Source: the human T2T-CHM13v2.0 reference genome, Homo sapiens
DNA length: 64,000 nucleotides
Assembly (NCBI RefSeq): GCF_009914755.1
Contig: NC_060940.1
Direction: 5' to 3' (one strand)
The notes beneath the pieces were generated by a model, which did not search any database, was not told where the DNA came from, and saw only the letters and a program-made list of their open reading frames with translations. How positions within the stretch are numbered: the first letter of the stretch is position 1; every line of letters starts with the position of its first letter. A program made the translations under genes and the position numbers. This document shows, piece by piece, positions 1-10,888 of this stretch.

Positions 1-197
1 AGTGGAGATTTCAAGCGCTTTGAGGCCAAAAGCAGAAAAGGAAATATTTTCCTATAAAAACTCGACAGAATCTTTCTCAGAAACTGCTCTGGGATGTGTG
101 CGTTCAACTCACAGAGTTTAACTTTTCTTTTCATTCAGCAGTTTGGAAACACTCTGTTTGGAAAGTCTGCACGTGGATATTTTGACCTCTTTGAGGC

Positions 198-214
198 CTT
201 CGTTGGAAACGGGT
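198..214 (+). promoter_or_regulatory. CENP-B box, dimer type 1 (representative; recurs every HOR)
   Basis: CTTCGTTGGAAACGGGT matches the nTTCGnnnnAnnCGGGn core and is followed by a longer T run. Confidence 0.95.
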
Positions 215-537
215 TTTTTTCATGTAAGGCTAGACAGAAGAAATCTCAGTAACTTCCTTGTGTTGTGTGTATTCAACTGACAGAGTTGAACCTTCCTTTA
301 GACAGAGCAGATTCGAAACACTCTTTTTCTGCAATTTGCAAGTGGAGACTTCAAGCGCTTTGAGGCCAAAGGCAGAAAAGGAAATATCTTCGTATAAAAA
401 CCCGACAGAATCATTCTCAGAAACTGCTCTGTGATGTGTGCGTTCAACTCACAGAGTTTAACTTTTCTTTTCATTCAGCAGTTTGGAAACACTCTGTTTG
501 TAAAGTCTGCAAGTGGATATCTTGGCCTCTTAGAGGC

Positions 538-554
538 CTTCGTTGGAAACGGGT
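538..554 (+). promoter_or_regulatory. CENP-B box, dimer type 2 (representative)
   Basis: CTTCGTTGGAAACGGGT with all 9 core positions intact. Confidence 0.95.
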
Positions 555-876
555 TTTTTCATGTAAGGATAGACACAGGAATTCCCAGTAACTTCCTTGT
601 GTTGTGTGCATTCAACTCACAGAGTTGAATGATTCTTTACACAGAGCAGTTTTGAGACACTCTTTTGGTGGAATTTGTAAGTGGAGAATTCAGCCGCTTT
701 GAGGTCAACGGTAGAAAAGGAAATATCTTCGTATAAAAACTAGACAGAATGATTCTCAGAAACTGTTTTGTGATGTGTGCGTTCAACTCACAGAGTTTAA
801 CCTTTCTTTTCAAAGAGCAGTTAGGAAACACTCTGTTTGTAAAGTCTGCAAGTGGATATTCAGACCTCTTTGAGGC

Positions 877-893
877 CTTCGTTGGAAACGGGA
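877..893 (+). promoter_or_regulatory. CENP-B box, dimer type 3 (representative)
   Basis: Perfect canonical CTTCGTTGGAAACGGGA. Confidence 0.96.
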
Positions 894-1045
894 TTTCTTC
901 ATATTATGCTAGACAGATGAATTCTCAGTAACTTCCTTGTGTTGTGTGTATTCAACTCACAGAGTTGAACGATCCTTTACACAGAGCAGATTTGAAACAC
1001 TGTTTTTCTGGAATTTGCAAGTGGAGATTTCAGCCGCTTTGAGGT

Positions 1046-1062
1046 CAATGGTAGAAAAGGAA
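1046..1062 (+). other. A-type monomer (pJalpha-like) box at the position equivalent to the CENP-B box (representative)
   Basis: CAATGGTAGAAAAGGAA in the alternating non-CENP-B monomers resembles the A-box/pJalpha motif. It alternates strictly with B boxes throughout. Confidence 0.7.
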
Positions 1063-1216
1063 ATATCTTCGTATAAAAACTAGACAGAATGATTCTCAGA
1101 AACTCCTTTGTGATGTGTGCGTTCAACTCACAGGGTTTAACCTTTCTTTTCACAGAGCAGTTAGGAAACACTCTGTTTGTGAAGCCTGCCAGTGGATATT
1201 CGGACCTCTTTGAGGC

Positions 1217-1233
1217 CTTCGTTGGAAACGGGA
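1217..1233 (+). promoter_or_regulatory. CENP-B box, dimer type 4 (representative)
   Basis: Perfect canonical CTTCGTTGGAAACGGGA. Confidence 0.96.
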
Positions 1234-1556
1234 TTTCTTCATATTATGCTAGACAGAAGATTTCTCAGTAACTTCTTTGTGTTGTGTGTATGCAACTCAC
1301 AGAGTTCAACCTTCCTTTAGACAGAGCAGATTTGAAACACTCTTTTTGTGGAATTTGCAAGTGGAGATTTCAAGCGCTTCGATGCCAATGGTAGAAAAGG
1401 AAATATCTTCGTATAAAAACAAGACAAACTCGTTCCCAGACACTGCGTAGTGATGTGTGTGTTTAACTCACAGAGTTTAACCTTTCTTTTCATACAGCAT
1501 TCTGGAAACCCTGTGTTTGTAAAGTCTGCAAGTGGATATTTGGACCTCTTAGATGC

Positions 1557-1573
1557 CTTCGTTGGAAACGGGA
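1557..1573 (+). promoter_or_regulatory. CENP-B box, dimer type 5 (representative)
   Basis: Perfect canonical CTTCGTTGGAAACGGGA, preceded by AGATGC. Confidence 0.96.
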
Positions 1574-4500
1574 TTTCTTCATATAATGCTAGAGGGAAGA
1601 ATTCTTAGTAACTTCTTTGTGTTGTGTGTATTCAACTGACAGAGTTGAACCTTCCTTTAGACAGAGCAGATTTGAAAGTCTCTTTTTGTGGAATTTGCAA
1701 GTGGAGATTTCAAGCGCTTTGAGGCCAAAAGCAGAAAAGGAAATATTTTCCTATAAAAACTCGACAGAATCTTTCTCAGAAACTGCTCTGGGATGTGTGC
1801 GTTCAACTCACAGAGTTTAACTTTTCTTTTCATTCAGCAGTTTGGAAACACTCTGTTTGGAAAGTCTGCACGTGGATATTTTGACCTCTTTGAGGCCTTC
1901 GTTGGAAACGGGTTTTTTTCATGTAAGGCTAGACAGAAGAAATCTCAGTAACTTCCTTGTGTTGTGTGTATTCAACTGACAGAGTTGAACCTTCCTTTAG
2001 ACAGAGCAGATTCGAAACACTCTTTTTCTGCAATTTGCAAGTGGAGACTTCAAGCGCTTTGAGGCCAAAGGCAGAAAAGGAAATATCTTCGTATAAAAAC
2101 CCGACAGAATCATTCTCAGAAACTGCTCTGTGATGTGTGCGTTCAACTCACAGAGTTTAACTTTTCTTTTCATTCAGCAGTTTGGAAACACTCTGTTTGT
2201 AAAGTCTGCAAGTGGATATCTTGGCCTCTTAGAGGCCTTCGTTGGAAACGGGTTTTTTCATGTAAGGATAGACACAGGAATTCCCAGTAACTTCCTTGTG
2301 TTGTGTGCATTCAACTCACAGAGTTGAATGATTCTTTACACAGAGCAGTTTTGAGACACTCTTTTGGTGGAATTTGTAAGTGGAGAATTCAGCCGCTTTG
2401 AGGTCAACGGTAGAAAAGGAAATATCTTCGTATAAAAACTAGACAGAATGATTCTCAGAAACTGTTTTGTGATGTGTGCGTTCAACTCACAGAGTTTAAC
2501 CTTTCTTTTCAAAGAGCAGTTAGGAAACACTCTGTTTGTAAAGTCTGCAAGTGGATATTCAGACCTCTTTGAGGCCTTCGTTGGAAACGGGATTTCTTCA
2601 TATTATGCTAGACAGATGAATTCTCAGTAACTTCCTTGTGTTGTGTGTATTCAACTCACAGAGTTGAACGATCCTTTACACAGAGCAGATTTGAAACACT
2701 GTTTTTCTGGAATTTGCAAGTGGAGATTTCAGCCGCTTTGAGGTCAATGGTAGAAAAGGAAATATCTTCGTATAAAAACTAGACAGAATGATTCTCAGAA
2801 ACTCCTTTGTGATGTGTGCGTTCAACTCACAGAGTTTAACCTTTCTTTTCACAGAGCAGTTAGGAAACACTCTGTTTGTGAAGCCTGCCAGTGGATATTC
2901 GGACCTCTTTGAGGCCTTCGTTGGAAACGGGATTTCTTCATATTATGCTATTCAGAAGATTTCTCAGTAACTTCTTTGTGTTGTGTGTATGCAACTCACA
3001 GAGTTCAACCTTCCTTTAGACAGAGCAGATTTGAAACACTCTTTTTGTGGAATTTGCAAGTGGAGATTTCAAGCGCTTCGATGCCAATGGTAGAAAAGGA
3101 AATATCTTCGTATAAAAACAAGACAAACTCGTTCCCAGACACTGCGTAGTGATGTGTGTGTTTAACTCACAGAGTTTAACCTTTCTTTTCATACAGCATT
3201 CTGGAAACCCTGTGTTTGTAAAGTCTGCAAGTGGATATTTGGACCTCTTAGATGCCTTCGTTGGAAACGGGATTTCTTCATATAATGCTAGAGGGAAGAA
3301 TTCTTAGTAACTTCTTTGTGTTGTGTGTATTCAACTGACAGAGTTGAACCTTCCTTTAGACAGAGCAGATTTGAAAGTCTCTTTTTGTGGAATTTGCAAG
3401 TGGAGATTTCAAGCGCTTTGAGGCCAAAAGCAGAAAAGGAAATATTTTCCTATAAAAACTCGACAGAATCTTTCTCAGAAACTGCTCTGGGATGTGTGCG
3501 TTCAACTCACAGAGTTTAACTTTTCTTTTCATTCAGCAGTTTGGAAACACTCTGTTTGGAAAGTCTGCACGTGGATATTTTGACCTCTTTGAGGCCTTCG
3601 TTGGAAACGGGTTTTTTTCATGTAAGGCTAGACAGAAGAAATCTCAGTAACTTCCTTGTGTTGTGTGTATTCAACTGACAGAGTTGAACCTTCCTTTAGA
3701 CAGAGCAGATTCGAAACACTCTTTTTCTGCAATTTGCAAGTGGAGACTTCAAGCGCTTTGAGGCCAAAGGCAGAAAAGGAAATATCTTCGTATAAAAACC
3801 CGACAGAATCATTCTCAGAAACTGCTCTGTGATGTGTGCGTTCAACTCACAGAGTTTAACTTTTCTTTTCATTCAGCAGTTTGGAAACACTCTGTTTGTA
3901 AAGTCTGCAAGTGGATATCTTGGCCTCTTAGAGGCCTTCGTTGGAAACGGGTTTTTTCATGTAAGGATAGACAGAGGAATTCCCAGTAACTTCCTTGTGT
4001 TGTGTGCATTCAACTCACAGAGTTGAATGATTCTTTACACAGAGCAGATTTGAGACACTCTTTTGGTGGAATTTGTAAGTGGAGAATTCAGCCGCTTTGA
4101 GGTCAACGGTAGAAAAGGAAATATCTTCGTATAAAAACTAGACAGAATGATTCTCAGAAACTGTTTTGTGATGTGTGCGTTCAACTCACAGAGTTTAACC
4201 TTTCTTTTCAAAGAGCAGTTAGGAAACACTCTGTTTGTAAAGTCTGCAAGTGGATATTCAGACCTCTTTGAGGCCTTCGTTGGAAACGGGATTTCTTCAT
4301 ATTATGCTAGACAGATGAATTCTCAGTAACTTCCTTGTGTTGTGTGTATTCAACTCACAGAGTTGAACGATCCTTTACACAGAGCAGATTTGAAACACTG
4401 TTTTTCTGGAATTTGCAAGTGGAGATTTCAGCCGCTTTGAGGTCAATGGTAGAAAAGGAAATATCTTCGTATAAAAACTAGACAGAATGATTCTCAGAAA

Positions 4501-7500
4501 CTCCTTTGTGATGTGTGCGTTCAACTCACAGAGTTTAACCTTTCTTTTCACAGAGCAGTTAGGAAACACTCTGTTTGTGAAGCCTGCCAGTGGATATTCG
4601 GACCTCTTTGAGGCCTTCGTTGGAAACGGGATTTCTTCATATTATGCTAGACAGAAGATTTCTCAGTAACTTCTTTGTGTTGTGTGTATGCAACTCACAG
4701 AGTTCAACCTTCCTTTAGACAGAGCAGATTTGAAACACTCTTTTTGTGGAATTTGCAAGTGGAGATTTCAAGCGCTTCGATGCCAATGGTAGAAAAGGAA
4801 ATATCTTCGTATAAAAACAAGACAAACTCGTTCCCAGACACTGCGTAGTGATGTGTGTGTTTAACTCACAGAGTTTAACCTTTCTTTTCATACAGCATTC
4901 TGGAAACCCTCTGTTTGTAAAGTCTGCAAGTGGATATTTGGACCTCTTAGATGCCTTCGTTGGAAACGGGATTTCTTCATATAATGCTAGAGGGAAGAAT
5001 TCTTAGTAACTTCTTTGTGTTGTGTGTATTCAACTGACAGAGTTGAACCTTCCTTTAGACAGAGCAGATTTGAAAGTCTCTTTTTGTGGAATTTGCAAGT
5101 GGAGATTTCAAGCGCTTTGAGGCCAAAAGCAGAAAAGGAAATATTTTCCTATAAAAACTCGACAGAATCTTTCTCAGAAACTGCTCTGTGATGTGTGCGT
5201 TCAACTCACAGAGTTTAACTTTTCTTTTCATTCAGCAGTTTGGAAACACTCTGTTTGGAAAGTCTGCACGTGGATATTTTGACCTCTTTGAGGCCTTCGT
5301 TGGAAACGGGTTTTTTTCATGTAAGGCTAGACAGAAGAAATCTCAGTAACTTCCTTGTGTTGTGTGTATTCAACTGACAGAGTTGAACCTTCCTTTAGAC
5401 AGAGCAGATTCGAAACACTCTTTTTCTGCAATTTGCAAGTGGAGACTTCAAGCGCTTTGAGGCCAAAGGCAGAAAAGGAAATATCTTCGTATAAAAACCC
5501 GACAGAATCATTCTCAGAAACTGCTCTGTGATGTGTGCGTTCAACTCACAGAGTTTAACTTTTCTTTTCATTCAGCAGTTTGGAAACACTCTGTTTGTAA
5601 AGTCTGCAAGTGGATATCTTGGCCTCTTAGAGGCCTTCGTTGGAAACGGGTTTTTTCATGTAAGGTTAGACAGAGGAATTCCCAGTAACTTCCTTGTGTT
5701 GTGTGCATTCAACTCACAGAGTTGAATGATTCTTTACACAGAGCAGATTTGAGACACTCTTTTGGTGGAATTTGTAAGTGGAGAATTCAGCCGCTTTGAG
5801 GTCAACGGTAGAAAAGGAAATATCTTCGTATAAAAACTAGACAGAATGATTCTCAGAAACTGTTTTGTGATGTGTGCGTTCAACTCACAGAGTTTAACCT
5901 TTCTTTTCAAAGAGCAGTTAGGAATCACTCTGTTTGTAAAGTCTGCAAGTGGATATTCAGACCTCTTTGAGGCCTTCGTTGGAAACGGGATTTCTTCATA
6001 TTATGCTAGACAGATGAATTCTCAGTAACTTCCTTGTGTTGTGTGTATTCAACTCACAGAGTTGAACGATCCTTTACACAGAGCAGATTTGAAACACTGT
6101 TTTTCTGGAATTTGCAAGTGGAGATTTCAGCCGCTTTGAGGTCAATTGTAGAAAAGGAAATATCTTCGTATAAAAACTAGACAGAATGATTCTCAGAAAC
6201 TCCTTTGTGATGTGTGCGTTCAACTCACAGAGTTTAACCTTTCTTTTCACAGAGCAGTTAGGAAACACTCTGTTTGTGAAGCCTGCCAGTGGATATTCGG
6301 ACCTCTTTGAGGCCTTCGTTGGAAACGGGATTTCTTCATATTATGCTAGACAGAAGATTTCTCAGTAACTTCTTTGTGTTGTGTGTATGCAACTCACAGA
6401 GTTCAACCTTCCTTTAGACAGAGCAGATTTGAAACACTCTTTTTGTGGAATTTGCAAGTGGAGATTTCAAGCGCTTCGATGCCAATGGTAGAAAAGGAAA
6501 TATCTTCGTATAAAAACAAGACAAACTCGTTCCCAGACACTGCGTAGTGATGTGTGTGTTTAACTCACAGAGTTTAACCTTTCTTTTCATACAGCATTCT
6601 GGAAACCCTGTGTTTGTAAAGTCTGCAAGTGGATATTTGGACCTCTTAGATGCCTTCGTTGGAAACGGGATTTCTTCATATAATGCTAGAGGGAAGAATT
6701 CTTAGTAACTTCTTTGTGTTGTGTGTATTCAACTGACAGAGTTGAACCTTCCTTTAGACAGAGCAGATTTGAAAGTCTCTTTTTGTGGAATTTGCAAGTG
6801 GAGATTTCAAGCGCTTTGAGGCCAAAAGCAGAAAAGGAAATATTTTCCTATAAAAACTAGACAGAATCTTTCTCAGAAACTGCTCTGGGATGTGTGCGTT
6901 CAACTCACAGAGTTTAACTTTTCTTTTCATTCAGCAGTTTGGAAACACTCTGTTTGGAAAGTCTGCACGTGGATATTTTGACCTCTTTGAGGCCTTCGTT
7001 GGAAACGGGTTTTTTTCATGTAAGGCTAGACAGAAGAAATCTCAGTAACTTCCTTGTGTTGTGTGTATTCAACTGACAGAGTTGAACCTTCCTTTAGACA
7101 GAGCAGATTCGAAACACTCTTTTTCTGCAATTTGCAAGTGGAGACTTCAAGCGCTTTGAGGCCAAAGGCAGAAAAGGAAATATCTTCGTATAAAAACCCG
7201 ACAGAATCATTCTCAGAAACTGCTCTGTGATGTGTGCGTTCAACTCACAGAGTTTAACTTTTCTTTTCATTCAGCAGTTTGGAAACACTCTGTTTGTAAA
7301 GTCTGCAAGTGGATATCTTGGCCTCTTAGAGGCCTTCGTTGGAAACGGGTTTTTTCATGTAAGGTTAGACAGAGGAATTCCCACTAACTTCCTTGTGTTG
7401 TGTGCATTCAACTCACAGAGTTGAATGATTCTTTACACAGAGCAGATTTGAGACACTCTTTTGGTGGAATTTGTAAGTGGAGAATTCAGCCGCTTTGATG

Positions 7501-10500
7501 TCAACGGTAGAAAAGGAAATATCTTCGTATAAAAACTAGACAGAATGATTCTCAGAAACTGTTTTGTGATGTGTGCTTTCAACTCACAGAGTTTAACCTT
7601 TCTTTTCAAAGAGCAGTTAGGAAACACTCTGTTTGTAAAGTCTGCAAGTGGATATTCAGACCTCTTTGAGGCCTTCGTTGGAAACGGGATTTCTTCATAT
7701 TATGCTAGACAGATGAATTCTCAGTAACTTCCTTGTGTTGTGTGTATTCAACTCACAGAGTTGAACGATCCTTTACACAGAGCAGATTTGAAACACTGTT
7801 TTTCTGGAATTTGCAAGTGGAGATTTCAGCCGCTTTGAGGTCAATGGTAGAAAAGGAAATATCTTCGTATAAAAACTAGACAGAATGATTCTCAGAAACT
7901 CCTTTGTGATGTGTGCGTTCAACTCACAGAGTTTAACCTTTCTTTTCACAGAGCAGTTAGGAAACACTCTGTTTGTGAAGCCTGCCAGTGGATATTCGGA
8001 CCTCTTTGAGGCCTTCGTTGGAAACGGGATTTCTTCATATTATGCTAGACAGAAGATTTCTCAGTAACTTCTTTGTGTTGTGTGTATGCAACTCACAGAG
8101 TTCAACCTTCCTTTAGACAGAGCAGATTTGAAACACTCTTTTTGTGGAATTTGCAAGTGGAGATTTCAAGCGCTTCGATGCCAATGGTAGAAAAGGAAAT
8201 ATCTTCGTATAAAAACAAGACAAACTCGTTCCCAGACACTGCGTAGTGATGTGTGTGTTTAACTCACAGAGTTTAACCTTTCTTTTCATACAGCATTCTG
8301 GAAACCCTCTGTTTGTAAAGTCTGCAAGTGGATATTTGGACCTCTTAGATGCCTTCGTTGGAAACGGGATTTCTTCATATAATGCTAGAGGGAAGAATTC
8401 TTAGTAACTTCTTTGTGTTGTGTGTATTCAACTGACAGAGTTGAACCTTCCTTTAGACAGAGCAGATTTGAAAGTCTCTTTTTGTGGAATTTGCAAGTGG
8501 AGATTTCAAGCGCTTTGAGGCCAAAAGCAGAAAAGGAAATATTTTCCTATAAAAACTCGACAGAATCTTTCTCAGAAACTGCTCTGGGATGTGTGCGTTC
8601 AACTCACAGAGTTTAACTTTTCTTTTCATTCAGCAGTTTGGAAACACTCTGTTTGGAAAGTCTGCACGTGGATATTTTGACCTCTTTGAGGCCTTCGTTG
8701 GAAACGGGTTTTTTTCATGTAAGGCTAGACAGAAGAAATCTCAGTAACTTCCTTGTGTTGTGTGTATTCAACTGACAGAGTTGAACCTTCCTTTAGACAG
8801 AGCAGATTCGAAACACTCTTTTTCTGCAATTTGCAAGTGGAGACTTCAAGCGCTTTGAGGCCAAAGGCAGAAAAGGAAATATCTTCGTATAAAAACCCGA
8901 CAGAATCATTCTCAGAAACTGCTCTGTGATGTGTGCGTTCAACTCACAGAGTTTAACTTTTCTTTTCATTCAGCAGTTTGGAAACACTCTGTTTGTAAAG
9001 TCTGCAAGTGGATATCTTGGCCTCTTAGAGGCCTTCGTTGGAAACGGGTTTTTTCATGTAAGGATAGACAGAGGAATTCCCAGTAACTTCCTTGTGTTGT
9101 GTGCATTCAACTCACAGAGTTGAATGATTCTTTACACAGAGCAGATTTGAGACACTCTTTTGGTGGAATTTGTAAGTGGAGAATTCAGCCGCTTTGAGGT
9201 CAACGGTAGAAAAGGAAATATCTTCGTATAAAAACTAGACAGAATGATTCTCAGAAACTGTTTTGTGATGTGTGCGTTCAACTCACAGAGTTTAACCTTT
9301 CTTTTCAAAGAGCAGTTAGGAAACACTCTGTTTGGAAAGTCTGCAAGTGGATATTCAGACCTCTTTGAGGCCTTCGTTGGAAACGGGATTTCTTCATATT
9401 ATGCTAGACAGATGAATTCTCAGTAACTTCCTTGTGTTGTGTGTATTCAACTCACAGAGTTGAACGATCCTTTACACAGAGCAGATTTGAAACACTGTTT
9501 TTCTGGAATTTGCAAGTGGAGATTTCAGCCGCTTTGAGGTCAATGGTAGAAAAGGAAATATCTTCGTATAAAAACTAGACAGAATGATTCTCAGAAACTC
9601 CTTTGTGATGTGTGCGTTCAACTCACAGAGTTTAACCTTTCTTTTCACAGAGCAGTTAGGAAACACTCTGTTTGTGAAGCCTGCCAGTGGATATTCGGAC
9701 CTCTTTGAGGCCTTCGTTGGAAACGGGATTTCTTCATATTATGCTAGACAGAAGATTTCTCAGTAACTTCTTTGTGTTGTGTGTATGCAACTCACAGAGT
9801 TCAACCTTCCTTTAGACAGAGCAGATTTGAAACACTCTTTTTGTGGAATTTGCAAGTGGAGATTTCAAGCGCTTCGATGCCAATGGTAGAAAAGGAAATA
9901 TCTTCGTATAAAAACAAGACAAACTCGTTCCCAGACACTGCGTAGTGATGTGTGTGTTTAACTCACAGAGTTTAACCTTTCTTTTCATACAGCATTCTGG
10001 AAACCCTGTGTTTGTAAAGTCTGCAAGTGGATATTTGGACCTCTTAGATGCCTTCGTTGGAAACGGGATTTCTTCATATAATGCTAGAGGGAAGAATTCT
10101 TAGTAACTTCTTTGTGTTGTGTGTATTCAACTGACAGAGTTGAACCTTCCTTTAGACAGAGCAGATTTGAAAGTCTCTTTTTGTGGAATTTGCAAGTGGA
10201 GATTTCAAGCGCTTTGAGGCCAAAAGCAGAAAAGGAAATATTTTCCTATAAAAACTAGACAGAATCTTTCTCAGAAACTGCTCTGGGATGTGTGCGTTCA
10301 ACTCACAGAGTTTAACTTTTCTTTTCATTCAGCAGTTTGGAAACACTCTGTTTGGAAAGTCTGCACGTGGATATTTTGACCTCTTTGAGGCCTTCGTTGG
10401 AAACGGGTTTTTTTCATGTAAGGCTAGACAGAAGAAATCTCAGTAACTTCCTTGTGTTGTGTGTATTCAACTGACAGAGTTGAACCTTCCTTTAGACAGA

Positions 10501-10888
10501 GCAGATTCGAAACACTCTTTTTCTGCAATTTGCAAGTGGAGACTTCAAGCGCTTTGAGGCCAAAGGCAGAAAAGGAAATATCTTCGTATAAAAACCCGAC
10601 AGAATCATTCTCAGAAACTGCTCTGTGATGTGTGCGTTCAACTCACAGAGTTTAACTTTTCTTTTCATTCAGCAGTTTGGAAACACTCTGTTTGTAAAGT
10701 CTGCAAGTGGATATCTTGGCCTCTTAGAGGCCTTCGTTGGAAACGGGTTTTTTCATGTAAGGTTAGACAGAGGAATTCCCAGTAACTTCCTTGTGTTGTG
10801 TGCATTCAACTCACAGAGTTGAATGATTCTTTACACAGAGCAGATTTGAGACACTCTTTTGGTGGAATTTGTAAGTGGAGAATTCAGC

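Larger units (their letters stand above)
412..2110 (+). repeat. Representative HOR unit (U1): 10 monomers = 5 A/B dimers
   Basis: Starts at monomer start CATTCTCAGAAAC (412), which recurs in the same context at 2111. CENP-B boxes at 198, 538, 877, 1217, 1557 and 1897 give dimer lengths 340+339+340+340+340 = 1,699. I saw a single GATC site per unit (971-974). Confidence 0.95.

Noticed and set aside
52-60. TATAAAA TATA-like motif, plus short TG runs and T tracts
   Set aside because: These are intrinsic parts of the alphoid monomer consensus. There is no support for a promoter, microsatellite or terminator.
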